64,000 bases of DNA from Bacilli bacterium (GTDB taxonomy: Bacteria > Bacillota_I > Bacilli_A > RF39 > UBA660). Every line of letters begins with the position of its first letter. Position 1 is the first letter of the stretch. The stretch is taken from contig JAFXXB010000008.1 of assembly GCA_017542465.1 (NCBI GenBank), forward strand, positions 17,321 through 81,320. The letters run 5' to 3'. Positions 10,593-20,241 of the stretch are shown one piece after another. Made by a program: the position numbers and the translations under genes. A model generated the notes under the pieces. It was given only the letters and a program-made list of their open reading frames with translations. It was not told the DNA's origin and did no database searches.

Positions 10593-12389
10593 TTATACCT
10601 TTTCTTCTTTATTTAATTCTACAAATCTATCTAACATTGAATTAAAATATTCTATTGCTTTAATATATACATTTTTATCAGTTATATCAATACCTAATAC
10701 TTTAAATACATCAGGATAATCATGATCTGTACCTGTAGATAAGAACTTAATATAATTATCTAACATCTCTTTATTACCATTTAATATTTCACTTGCAACA
10801 TAAGATGCAATAGAAATACACATAGCGTATGCATATAAATAATAATTCATGTAATAATGACTTCTAGATATCCAAGATAATCCATAGTAATCATCTTTAT
10901 TAACTATACCACCTTGATATTTATCTAAATATTCTTTAGTTAAAGATTCCATATAATCAGATGTTATAGTATTACCTTCATTAACATAATCATAGAAATC
11001 TTGTTCCATCTTACCTTCTCTTACAGCTCCAAATAGATTAGATACAATTACACCTAAGATATTTTCAATACCTTTAAGTTTTTCTTTATTATCTCTTCCA
11101 TTTTCAGCTAAATAAGATGATAGTAAACATTCATTGGTCAATGAAGCTACTTCACTTATAAGTGAAGATACATCTCTATATTGTAATGGGTTATTTTCAT
11201 TTATATATTGACCATGTACATTATGCCCACCTTCATGAATAACTGTTGATACAGATTCTATATCATAATTCCAACTCATTAATATACGTGAATCAAAATC
11301 TAAACCTGATATTGAATATCCACCAGAACATTTACCAGGATAACAAGCATAATCAATATAATGTTTATCAAATATCTTCTTAAAATGATTATAATAATCT
11401 TCACCTAATGGTTTAATAGCATTTAAACAAATCTCTTGTGCATCTTCTATAGAATATTCTTTATCATATTTAACAAAATCTAATGCTAAATCACATTGAT
11501 CTAATTCATCAACCTTTAATGTATCCTTAAATACATTATAGTACTTATGTAATACATCTAAGTTTTCCTCTACAGCAGATACAAGAGCAACATAAGCTTC
11601 ATTAGGCATTTTATTACCAAATAATTTAGCATCCCAAGCATCTTTATACCCATGTATTTTTGATGTAGTAATATTAGTCTTAACATAACTATTAAGTAAA
11701 GATGCAGACATAGGTGCATATTGTTTTAATACTTCATAGTATTTGCTTCTTACTTCTTTTCTAATTTCTTTATCATCATTCTTCATCAAACGTCTAAGAT
11801 TAGTTTGAAGGATTTTTTCTTCTTCTCCACCTACTTTAACAGTTCCATAGTTATTAAGTGAATTTAACATTGTTTGAGACATATTCTCATAATTCATAGC
11901 AGCATTAGTTAATTCATTAATAATTATTTCTTTCTCAGATGGTAATATATGCTCTTTTAATCTATAAATATTATCTAAAGTATATTTATATTCATCTAAC
12001 TTTTTATTGTCATATAAAGCCTTATAATCATCATCTGACAAAGATAATATTTCATCATTAAAGAATGAGACATTACTCATATATTTAGTAAATAAATCTT
12101 CTATCTTATTAAGTCTATCCATGTTTTCTGAATTACCTAATTCTTGATCATTAATAACATATGCATAGATATTTAATCTAATTAATAAAGCAGATAAATT
12201 AGCATCATAATCTAAGAATTCATATAATTTATTTGAATCTTTAGTACATCCTTTATATGATGATGCTTTCTCAACTTCGTTCTTAGCTTTATCAAATAAC
12301 TGATTGTATTCATTAATATCCTTACATATTTCAGTTAAATCCCATTTATATTTATCCGGAACTTCTTGTCTCGATTTATATTTTTGCAT
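10593..12389 (-). CDS. pepF: Oligoendopeptidase F, M3B family (PepF paralog 2)
   Basis: 598 aa. HEXXH motif (HEGGHNVHGQY). Paralogous to the adjacent ORF, with shared N-terminal motif PDKYKWDLT / PDKYMWNLT. Confidence 0.8.
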   Translation of the reverse strand: MQKYKSRQEVPDKYKWDLTEICKDINEYNQLFDKAKNEVEKASSYKGCTKDSNKLYEFLDYDANLSALLIRLNIYAYVINDQELGNSENMDRLNKIEDLFTKYMSNVSFFNDEILSLSDDDYKALYDNKKLDEYKYTLDNIYRLKEHILPSEKEIIINELTNAAMNYENMSQTMLNSLNNYGTVKVGGEEEKILQTNLRRLMKNDDKEIRKEVRSKYYEVLKQYAPMSASLLNSYVKTNITTSKIHGYKDAWDAKLFGNKMPNEAYVALVSAVEENLDVLHKYYNVFKDTLKVDELDQCDLALDFVKYDKEYSIEDAQEICLNAIKPLGEDYYNHFKKIFDKHYIDYACYPGKCSGGYSISGLDFDSRILMSWNYDIESVSTVIHEGGHNVHGQYINENNPLQYRDVSSLISEVASLTNECLLSSYLAENGRDNKEKLKGIENILGVIVSNLFGAVREGKMEQDFYDYVNEGNTITSDYMESLTKEYLDKYQGGIVNKDDYYGLSWISRSHYYMNYYLYAYAMCISIASYVASEILNGNKEMLDNYIKFLSTGTDHDYPDVFKVLGIDITDKNVYIKAIEYFNSMLDRFVELNKEEKV

Positions 12390-12417
12390 AATCTCTATCC
12401 CTTCAAATAATAGGTTT

Positions 12418-12443
12418 AAAAGTTCTAGTCACCTAGAACTTTT
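12418..12443 (-). terminator. hairpin (AAAAGTTCTAG-N4-CTAGAACTTTT) immediately 3' of dnaK; weak terminator or attenuator
   Basis: Perfect 11-bp stem 7 nt after the dnaK stop. The U-run is only within the stem. Resembles the partial terminators found between dnaK and dnaJ in other bacteria. Confidence 0.35.
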
Positions 12444-12449
12444 ATTATC

Positions 12450-14273
12450 CTACTTATTTACAAATTCTGCTTCTTGAGCTGTATCATCAGATGATGAATC
12501 ACTTGATTCATTGTTATTAGCATTTGCGTTAGCTCCTGCTTCTTGATATACACGTCCAGCTAATTCCATAGCTTTATCTTGTAATTCTTTAGTCTTATTC
12601 TTTAATGTTTCTACATCAATAGAATCTTTAGACATTTCATCTTTAACAGTTTGAATCTTATCTTCGATGTCTTTCTTTTCATCATCTTTAACTTTATCAC
12701 CAAGATCTCTTAATGCACCTTCAGCAGCAAAGATTGATTGTTCAGCATCATTCTTAGCATCAGCTATTTCTTTTCTCTTTTCATCTTCTGCTTTATTAGC
12801 TTCTGCTTCTTTCATCATCTTATCTATTTCTTCATCAGATAAGTTAGTATTATTTGTAATTGTAATCTTTTGTTCTTTATTTGTACCTAAATCTTTAGCA
12901 GTAACATTAACGATACCATTTGCATCAATATCAAATGTAACTTCAATTTGAGGTACACCACGTCTAGCTGGAGGAATATCTGTTAATTGGAATCTTCCTA
13001 ATGTTTTATTATCAGCAGCCATTGGTCTTTCACCTTGTAATACATGTACATCAACAGCTGGTTGATTATCTTCAGCAGTTGAGAATACTTGTGAATGTTT
13101 ATGAGGAATTGGAGTATTTCTTTCAATTAATTTAGTAAATACACCACCTAATGTTTCAATACCAAGTGATAAAGGAGTAACATCAACTAATACTAAGTCA
13201 TTTACTTCACCAGTTAATACACCACCTTGAATAGCTGCACCCATAGCTACAACTTCATCAGGGTTAACTGATTTATTTGGTTCTTTTCCTAATTCTTTCT
13301 TAACTAATTCTTGAATATATGGAATTCTTGAAGAACCACCAACTAATACTACTTGATCAATATCAGATGAACTTAACTTAGCATCTTTTAATGCTTGTCT
13401 TACTTGATCTAATGTAGAATCAAATAAATCTTTATTTAAATCTTCAAATTTAGCTTTTGATAATTCAGTTTCGAAGTTAACTGGAGCACCATCAACTTGA
13501 CCAATGAATGGTAAACTTATTGTTGTGCTTGATGCTTGAGATAAAGCTTTCTTAGCTTTTTCAGCTTCATCTTTAATTCTTTGCATTGCAGTTGTATCGT
13601 TAGTTACATCTGCTTTAGTATCTTTCTTAATTTCTTCAACAATCCAATCAGAAACTCTCTTATCGAAGTCATCTCCACCTAATTTATTATTACCAGCTGT
13701 AGATTTAACTTCAAATACACCATCACCTAATTCAAGGATAGATACATCGAATGTACCACCACCTAAATCGTAAACTAAAATAGTTTGTGATTTATCTTGT
13801 TTATCTAAACCATATGCAAGTGATGCAGCAGTTGGTTCATTTACAATTCTATCAACTTCTAATCCTGCTATCTTACCAGCATTCTTAGTTGCTTGTCTTT
13901 GAGCATCATTAAAGTATGCAGGAACTGTAATAACAGCCTTTATTACAGGTTCACCAAGATAGCTTTCCGCATCTTTCTTAATCTTACCTAAAATCATTGC
14001 TGAGATTTCTTCAGGTGTATATTCCTTACCATTAGCTTTTACTTTTTTACCAGATCCCATTAATCTTTTAATTGATGAAATAGTATTATCTGCGTTAGTT
14101 ATTGCTTGTCTTTTAGCTTGAGCACCAACTAATATTTCATTACCTTTAAATGCTACTACAGATGGAGTTGTTCTTTCACCTTCTGCATTAGCTATAACTA
14201 CAGGAGAACCTCCTTCTAATACTGAACAACATGAATTTGTTGTACCTAAATCTATACCAATTATCTTTGCCAT
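12450..14273 (-). CDS. dnaK: Chaperone DnaK (Hsp70)
   Basis: 607 aa. [18 protein letters not shown] and VGGSSRIP Hsp70 signatures. Confidence 0.97.
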   Translation of the reverse strand: MAKIIGIDLGTTNSCCSVLEGGSPVVIANAEGERTTPSVVAFKGNEILVGAQAKRQAITNADNTISSIKRLMGSGKKVKANGKEYTPEEISAMILGKIKKDAESYLGEPVIKAVITVPAYFNDAQRQATKNAGKIAGLEVDRIVNEPTAASLAYGLDKQDKSQTILVYDLGGGTFDVSILELGDGVFEVKSTAGNNKLGGDDFDKRVSDWIVEEIKKDTKADVTNDTTAMQRIKDEAEKAKKALSQASSTTISLPFIGQVDGAPVNFETELSKAKFEDLNKDLFDSTLDQVRQALKDAKLSSSDIDQVVLVGGSSRIPYIQELVKKELGKEPNKSVNPDEVVAMGAAIQGGVLTGEVNDLVLVDVTPLSLGIETLGGVFTKLIERNTPIPHKHSQVFSTAEDNQPAVDVHVLQGERPMAADNKTLGRFQLTDIPPARRGVPQIEVTFDIDANGIVNVTAKDLGTNKEQKITITNNTNLSDEEIDKMMKEAEANKAEDEKRKEIADAKNDAEQSIFAAEGALRDLGDKVKDDEKKDIEDKIQTVKDEMSKDSIDVETLKNKTKELQDKAMELAGRVYQEAGANANANNNESSDSSSDDTAQEAEFVNK

Positions 14274-14291
14274 ATATATCTACTTCCTTTC

Positions 14292-14834
14292 TTATTGTGA
14301 TACTTTAACCATGGCAGGTCTAAGTAATTTATCTTTATATATATATCCTTTTTGTAATACATCTAATACTTTATTAGCTTCTACTCCTTCAACAGTTTCA
14401 GTAGCTACAGCTTGATGTATACTTGGATCAAATTCAACATCTTTTTCATCTATAACTTTAACATTCTTATTATCTAAGATTTCTACTAGTTTTCTATATA
14501 TCATCTTAAATCCTTCTAAGAATTGTTTGTTTTCATCATTTTCAAGAGATAAAGCTCTTTCAAAATTATCTATTATCGGTAATAAGGATTTAATTAATTC
14601 TTCACCATCATATTTTAATAGTTTTTGAATATCTTCTTCTCTATGTCTTTGAATATTTTGAAGTTCAGCATTTAATCTTAATGTTTTCTCTTGTTCATTA
14701 ATTAAAGCATCATTTAAGAGTTGTAATTTTTCTTCTAATAGTTTTTCCTTTTTATTATCTTTATGATGTCTTTCATGCTTCTTTTCTTCTTTAACTTCTT
14801 CTTTTATTTCTTCTTGTTTAATTTCTTCGTTCAT
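14292..14834 (-). CDS. grpE: Nucleotide exchange factor GrpE
   Basis: 180 aa. Coiled-coil N-terminus and GrpE C-terminal beta domain. Position between hrcA and dnaK. Confidence 0.9.
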   Translation of the reverse strand: MNEEIKQEEIKEEVKEEKKHERHHKDNKKEKLLEEKLQLLNDALINEQEKTLRLNAELQNIQRHREEDIQKLLKYDGEELIKSLLPIIDNFERALSLENDENKQFLEGFKMIYRKLVEILDNKNVKVIDEKDVEFDPSIHQAVATETVEGVEANKVLDVLQKGYIYKDKLLRPAMVKVSQ

Positions 14835-14843
14835 TTACTTCAC

Positions 14844-15854
14844 CTATTTATCTAAATATTGTTTTAAGAAATTCAATAATGATACAACTTTATCATATTC
14901 CATTCTCTTAGGTCCGATTATTGCTAAAGTTCCTTCTTCATTACCTACATGATAATGAGTCTTGATAATAGTTACATCCTTATCAAATTCTGTTTCATCA
15001 CCTATATATACATTAATACCTTCATCATCAGTTCTTATTTTTTGAACTAATTCATTATTTTCAAGTTTAGATACCATCTCTTTTAATTTGTTTGTATCTT
15101 CATATTCTTGATAATCTAATAGATTAGTCTTTCCTTTAAATACGACATCTGCATTATCGACTGCAAAGTCACGGAAAGCTGATGAGAAGAAATTACATAC
15201 TTCTTCATATCTATTAATTACTTCTTTAATCATAGGTTTAATATCTAATTCAAGTCTTTCATTAACTTTATCAATTGGAGTACCAATTAATGCTTTATTA
15301 ATAATCTCAGATGTTTGAATTAATTCTCTTAAATCAATGTCACCTTCAACATTAACTTGTTTATTTTCAACATCACCTTGATTTGTAACTAATACCGCAA
15401 CAACCTTTTTATAACCATCTTGATCAGTGTTATTATCTAAAGGAATAATACTTATTTGTTTTAAAGTAGCATTCTTAGATGATTCACCAATCACTACAGA
15501 TGTATAGTGCGTAATATCACTTATTATTTCCATACATTTAGAAATAGCATCAGATACCACTAAACTATTATTATTTAATATTGTTTGAAGCTTTAATACT
15601 TCTTCACCATTCATTTCTTTAGGTTTCATTAAGTTTTCTACATAATATCTATATCCTTTTTCAGATGGAATTCTACCACTTGATGTGTGTTCTTTTTCAA
15701 TAAATCCTAAATCTTCAAGTTCAGCCATATCATTACGTATTGTTGCACTAGAAACATTAAATTTATCAACCAAAGATTTTGAACTAACAGGCTTAAAATC
15801 TGAGATATAATTTTCTACTATATCTTTTAATATTGCCTCTTGTCTCTCTCCCAT
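14844..15854 (-). CDS. hrcA: Heat-inducible transcription repressor HrcA
   Basis: 336 aa with an N-terminal winged HTH. First gene of the operon. CIRCE element immediately upstream. Confidence 0.9.
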   Translation of the reverse strand: MGERQEAILKDIVENYISDFKPVSSKSLVDKFNVSSATIRNDMAELEDLGFIEKEHTSSGRIPSEKGYRYYVENLMKPKEMNGEEVLKLQTILNNNSLVVSDAISKCMEIISDITHYTSVVIGESSKNATLKQISIIPLDNNTDQDGYKKVVAVLVTNQGDVENKQVNVEGDIDLRELIQTSEIINKALIGTPIDKVNERLELDIKPMIKEVINRYEEVCNFFSSAFRDFAVDNADVVFKGKTNLLDYQEYEDTNKLKEMVSKLENNELVQKIRTDDEGINVYIGDETEFDKDVTIIKTHYHVGNEEGTLAIIGPKRMEYDKVVSLLNFLKQYLDK

Positions 15855-15865
15855 TTAATCACTTC

Positions 15866-15892
15866 CTAGCACTCTTTTCTTTCAGTGCTAAT
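15866..15892. promoter_or_regulatory. CIRCE operator (cTAGCACTC-N9-aAGTGCTAAt)
   Basis: Matches the CIRCE consensus TTAGCACTC-N9-GAGTGCTAA. Lies 12-38 nt upstream of the hrcA start codon. A sigma-A-like promoter sits just upstream on the minus strand (-35 TTGACA at 15920-15925, -10 at about 15897-15902). Confidence 0.8.
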
Positions 15893-15957
15893 ACTAATAT
15901 AAAACTATAATTAGCACTTGTCAATAGATATTGCTAATTATTTAATATTTGACAACA

Positions 15958-15984
15958 AAAAAATAGGTTTCAACCTATTTTAAT
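15958..15984 (-). terminator. rho-independent terminator (stem ATAGGTT / AACCTAT followed by a T-run)
   Basis: Hairpin plus T-run on the minus strand after ORF 15975..16268. Confidence 0.45.
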
Positions 15985-16268
15985 TTGTTTTGTAATTTAT
16001 TAAATTTCTTTTGTGCTTGTCTAGCATCTACAACTTTATGAGTTGGTGTTGATGGGTATAATGGAATAATCTCAGTTAAATAACACTTATGTGTTGGAGA
16101 CATATCTAATAACTTATTATTAATAACATCTCTATAATTTCCATTTTCTTTTAGTACTACAGTTTTATACTTTCTTTGAATAAATTTCCCATCATCTGTA
16201 CCTATATATTCTTCTACGTGTGCAGAGAATAATTTATTTACGCTAAATAATTCATTCATTTTTTTCAC
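15975..16268 (-). CDS. hypothetical protein (97 aa)
   Basis: ORF with its own terminator. No recognisable motif. Confidence 0.4.
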   Translation of the reverse strand: MKKMNELFSVNKLFSAHVEEYIGTDDGKFIQRKYKTVVLKENGNYRDVINNKLLDMSPTHKCYLTEIIPLYPSTPTHKVVDARQAQKKFNKLQNKLK

Positions 16269-16321
16269 CCCCGGTGATTACATATAATAACACGTATTAA
16301 ACAAAAAGAAAAGGAGAAATT

Positions 16322-16612
16322 TTATTCTCCTCCTTGTATCATATTATCATACTCTCCGTTTTGCATTTTATTACCAATTAAGTTTTGGAAAGCTAAACGA
16401 ACTTCATCATATAAATTCTTATCATTTACATCTTTAAGATATTCTTCACCTTCAATGTTAATAGCTTCAAATATAATATATTCATTTGTTGGAGTATCAT
16501 CTGGTAATACTCTTACAGAATATACAAATCTTCTTCCACCTACATTTACTTCTTCTAACAATAAGAATTCCTTACCATTTTCTAGTGTCACTACATTACC
16601 TATTTCTATCAT
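16322..16612 (-). CDS. small acidic protein, DUF1292-like (96 aa)
   Basis: Pattern MIEIGNVVTLENGKEF...YIIFEAIN resembles the DUF1292 family that is widespread in Firmicutes. Confidence 0.35.
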   Translation of the reverse strand: MIEIGNVVTLENGKEFLLLEEVNVGGRRFVYSVRVLPDDTPTNEYIIFEAINIEGEEYLKDVNDKNLYDEVRLAFQNLIGNKMQNGEYDNMIQGGE

Positions 16613-16629
16613 ATCACTTCACTCCTTTA

Positions 16630-19600
16630 TTATCTTCTAAATGTTGACTTTATATCTTCTAATTCGTCATTTAATTCTTTTCTCAAAGATTCTTCATCTA
16701 CATTTGTTTTATCAATATCACGCTTCATTACACTAATGAAGAATGGATATCCATCAGTTCCATATATTCCAGAACCTTCAACAAAATTATATTTACCATA
16801 TTTATCAATAAAATATGGATTACTTAATATTTCATTTAGTCTATTCTTTTCTTCATCAGTTAAAGATAAATATGTATCAGACTCATCATCATTATGATCA
16901 TGATGAATTTGAATACCTTCTTTTAAATTCATTGCAGGTACTACTTCTTTACCGTTTTCATCTGTCATACCAGCATTTAATACATCAATGAATTGCATTA
17001 TTGATTTATCATAAGTGTTTACGTTTCCTTTTTGATTTTCTAGACTATCTCCATGAACATCATCAAATGAAACATATTCATCTTCATCAACTTCTATTGG
17101 TTCGTTATTACCAAACATTTCATCATATTCTTTTGCTTCCTTCTTAGTAACATAGAAATAATCATCTTTACTATTTAATACAAATAAATGCTCTAAATTA
17201 TCAATAGTTACTTTAGGTTTTAATGATGAAGATGTAATTTTTTTATTGAATTTTTCATCTAAATAATCTCTATTAATATTTTCCTTTTTAGAAGGAGATA
17301 TTTCAGAACCATCTAGATTTTTAGCAATAATCTTACCATTTTCATAATCAAATATTAATTTTAATTCATATTGACGAGCCATCTCTTTTAATTGACTCTT
17401 TTTAATAGCTACCATGATATCTTTAATACTAAATCCACCAGCAGCAGTTGTTACTAGAGCTCCACCGGCAGTAGCAGGAGCATTAACACTAGCAAGTCCA
17501 AATGCTGTTAATAACATACCAGCAATTCCTAATCCAATTTTTTCAACTGGAGGAATTCTTCTTGCTCTAACTTTAACCATTTCTCTTAATGCTGCTTGAT
17601 CTTCTTCAGTAGTTAAATGTATTTCTCTATCATCTACTTTTTCTTCAGGATGTAATAAAGCTCTAGCCATTTTCTCATCCTCAGCAGTATCTTCATATTC
17701 TTCAGATTCTAATAAATCTTCATCATATAACTCTTCTTCTACTTCTTCATAATCTTCAAGATCATCATCATATTCTTCATATTCTGTCTCAGTAGGTTCT
17801 TCTATTGTTTGTTCTGCTTTCTCAATAGGTTCATTTAATTCTTCTTGAACAAGTTCTTCTTTAACCTCTTCTTTAACTTCTTTTTGAGGTTTTGTAGTTT
17901 TTGTTTTTCCTTTAGTTGCATCATCAATCATTCTAATAATGTCGTTCATTTCATCTTCTTCAGAAGCGTATTGAATATCGTTATTTATATAATCTTCAAG
18001 ATCATTATTCTTTTCAGATGTTTCTGGAGAAGTTATTTCATGTATATTATTAGATTCTTTTTCTTCATTATTAACTGATACAGGAACAAATTCTTCTTCA
18101 TTAATACCTTCAACATTTATATCAGTCTTTAATTCTTCTGGAGTAAGAGAAGCATTTTTTTCCTTTTCCATTTCTTCTTTAACTTCAAACAAGACATCTA
18201 CAGCTGATTTTTCAGTTGGTTCTTGAGGTTTGGTTTCAAATGCTTGTGAATATTGTTCTTCACGATTTTGAACTACCTTTTCAGGTTCGTTTGATTCAAT
18301 TTCACCTTTTTCATCATATAATGACTTTTTTTGTAATTGTTCTTCAGTTAAAATTGGTTCATCAGGATTTGTTCTTTCAACATCTTTAAAATCATCTTCA
18401 GTTAATACATCCTCATCATCTTCTATAGGAATATTCTCTGATGGAGTATCTAACTCAACGTTTAAATCATCCTCTGTAACATATTCTCTTTCATCATCAG
18501 TCGATGATGATACTTCTTCACCAAATCTTTCTTTAATTTCTTCTTCAGTTATCGCTGGTTCTTCTTTTTCTTCATATTCTTCTCTAAGAGGAACATGTAC
18601 TATTTCAGGGACTGGAATAGTTTGTTCAATGTTTTGTTGAGCTTCTACAACATCTTCTTTTAATCTAGGAGCTCTAACTGGTCTTAATTCTCTATTTAAT
18701 AATCTAGAACGTCCTTCAGAAGGAGTTTCAGTATTTAATACTTCTTCAACAGGTTCTATAGTTCTACTGATTTCAGGTAAATCACGTAAAGGAGTTTTAA
18801 ATAACTTATTACTTAATGAATATGCTGAATCATGTCTATCTTTATAGAATTTAGTGAACTCTTTACTTTCATCATCAGTTAAACCAAGTTTTCCTTCAAT
18901 TGCAGCAATATAATAGTTTCTTAATGTAGATAAACCTAAGATAATACCATTAACATATTGTTTAACATGATCTTTAATAGTTTTAATCTTTTCTGCAAAA
19001 GTTTTAGGTTTTGATTCTTCCTTAACAACTGGAGTTTCAACTTTTTCATCTACTTTATCACCAGTAGCTCTCGCACTCATGTTATTTAAGAAATCATCAA
19101 ATTTATTGTCGCCTTTTAATACAGTATTCTCTGGTTGAATAACTGGTTTAGGTTCTTCAACCTTTTCTTCCTTAACTGGTTCTACAGTTGTTGATGGTTT
19201 AGATAATCCTAAATCACTTAGGAACATTTCATATTCAGGACCTACAGGTTCATATATATCTCTAGAATAAGCATATGCAATTTGTTCATCTGTTAATCTT
19301 GGATCCCATTTAGGTTCAGTCTTAGTTTCTACTTTAATTGGATCTAATCCATGTTCTCTTAAGAACATTTCATATTCTTGTCCAACTGGTTCATATATAT
19401 CTCTAGAATAAGCATCTAAGATTTGTTCTTCTGTTAATCTTGGATCCCATCCTGGTTTTGTATTATTTGTTTTTTCAACTACAACTGGTGTAGGTTTTAC
19501 TTCAGGTACAACTGGAGCAGATTTTACTTCAGGAGCACTGAATACTTCATCATAAGTAGGATTCTCAACTGGAGTTTCTTCTACTTCTTCAACAGTATTG

Positions 19601-20133
19601 ATAATTGGAGCTTCACTTACCTCAGCTGGTTCAATACCATATGCTTGATTTATAAAATTATTTAATTCAATTTTTGCGTCATATCTTTCTTGTTGAATAG
19701 TTGGTGTTGCTTCTATTTCTTTTCTACCATTTACTAATTGATCATCAATAATTTTCCAGTCAGCAAAAGTATCAGTAAGAATAGTACGATATTGTTCTAC
19801 CATTTCTTCATTATTACTTTTATTAATGAAGTTTAAGATTCCTTCAATTCTCTTATCAAAGAATCTCTTTACTTCTTCACTAGTAACATTCTTGTCGAAT
19901 CCATAATGTTCTAACACAAAATCAGCAACAGTCATAGAATCATCATTGATAAATTCTTTTGCATCACTTAACAATTGTAAGAATTCTTCATCTTCCTCAA
20001 AATTAGGATTATAGCCTAATAAAATATCTAAAGAACGAAGTTTTGCATTTCTCTCTTCTTTTGATAATCTCTCATCATCAATTATAATCTTTCTTAATTT
20101 TTCAACAGTTTCTTGTCTCATAAAATTCGCCAC
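16630..20133 (-). CDS. large acidic protein (1167 aa), function unknown. Carries a 40-aa tandem repeat and a single Ala/Gly-rich hydrophobic segment
   Basis: Long intact ORF. Glu/Asp-rich low-complexity regions. The unit KPGWDPRLTEEQILDAYSRDIYEPVGQEYEMFLREHGLDP occurs twice (nt about 19195-19458). A hydrophobic stretch IGLGIAGMLLTAFGLASVNAPATAGGALVTTAAGG lies at about 17414-17599. Confidence 0.6.
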   Translation of the reverse strand: MANFMRQETVEKLRKIIIDDERLSKEERNAKLRSLDILLGYNPNFEEDEEFLQLLSDAKEFINDDSMTVADFVLEHYGFDKNVTSEEVKRFFDKRIEGILNFINKSNNEEMVEQYRTILTDTFADWKIIDDQLVNGRKEIEATPTIQQERYDAKIELNNFINQAYGIEPAEVSEAPIINTVEEVEETPVENPTYDEVFSAPEVKSAPVVPEVKPTPVVVEKTNNTKPGWDPRLTEEQILDAYSRDIYEPVGQEYEMFLREHGLDPIKVETKTEPKWDPRLTDEQIAYAYSRDIYEPVGPEYEMFLSDLGLSKPSTTVEPVKEEKVEEPKPVIQPENTVLKGDNKFDDFLNNMSARATGDKVDEKVETPVVKEESKPKTFAEKIKTIKDHVKQYVNGIILGLSTLRNYYIAAIEGKLGLTDDESKEFTKFYKDRHDSAYSLSNKLFKTPLRDLPEISRTIEPVEEVLNTETPSEGRSRLLNRELRPVRAPRLKEDVVEAQQNIEQTIPVPEIVHVPLREEYEEKEEPAITEEEIKERFGEEVSSSTDDEREYVTEDDLNVELDTPSENIPIEDDEDVLTEDDFKDVERTNPDEPILTEEQLQKKSLYDEKGEIESNEPEKVVQNREEQYSQAFETKPQEPTEKSAVDVLFEVKEEMEKEKNASLTPEELKTDINVEGINEEEFVPVSVNNEEKESNNIHEITSPETSEKNNDLEDYINNDIQYASEEDEMNDIIRMIDDATKGKTKTTKPQKEVKEEVKEELVQEELNEPIEKAEQTIEEPTETEYEEYDDDLEDYEEVEEELYDEDLLESEEYEDTAEDEKMARALLHPEEKVDDREIHLTTEEDQAALREMVKVRARRIPPVEKIGLGIAGMLLTAFGLASVNAPATAGGALVTTAAGGFSIKDIMVAIKKSQLKEMARQYELKLIFDYENGKIIAKNLDGSEISPSKKENINRDYLDEKFNKKITSSSLKPKVTIDNLEHLFVLNSKDDYFYVTKKEAKEYDEMFGNNEPIEVDEDEYVSFDDVHGDSLENQKGNVNTYDKSIMQFIDVLNAGMTDENGKEVVPAMNLKEGIQIHHDHNDDESDTYLSLTDEEKNRLNEILSNPYFIDKYGKYNFVEGSGIYGTDGYPFFISVMKRDIDKTNVDEESLRKELNDELEDIKSTFRR

Positions 20134-20241
20134 CTTTTTATACTTATTTTTTAATAAGCATACTATTCAACTATACATAATCATTCTATCATAAAAATAT
20201 CAATAAAGTATATGTTTTTTTATCAAAAAATAGAAAAAGCG

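Noticed and set aside
12667-12951. 94-aa plus-strand ORF inside dnaK, and similar antisense ORFs (1187..1411, 1943..2188, 3757..3939, 4581..4838, 9044..9226, 17414..17599, 17845..18078, 22982..23221, 28682..28891, 31851..32069, 33945..34265, 37969..38169, 45561..45764, 46030..46287, 53065..53247, 53578..53796, 57251..57562, 61965..62231, 63670..63864)
   Set aside because: All are embedded antisense or out of frame within longer, well-supported genes. They have the biased composition expected from the complement of AT-rich coding DNA.
16630-20133. Calling the 1167-aa acidic protein FtsY on the basis of the rnc-smc-ftsY synteny
   Set aside because: No SRP-GTPase NG-domain motifs (GxxGxGKT, DTAGR, TKxD) are present. 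Only the acidic composition resembles the FtsY A-domain.
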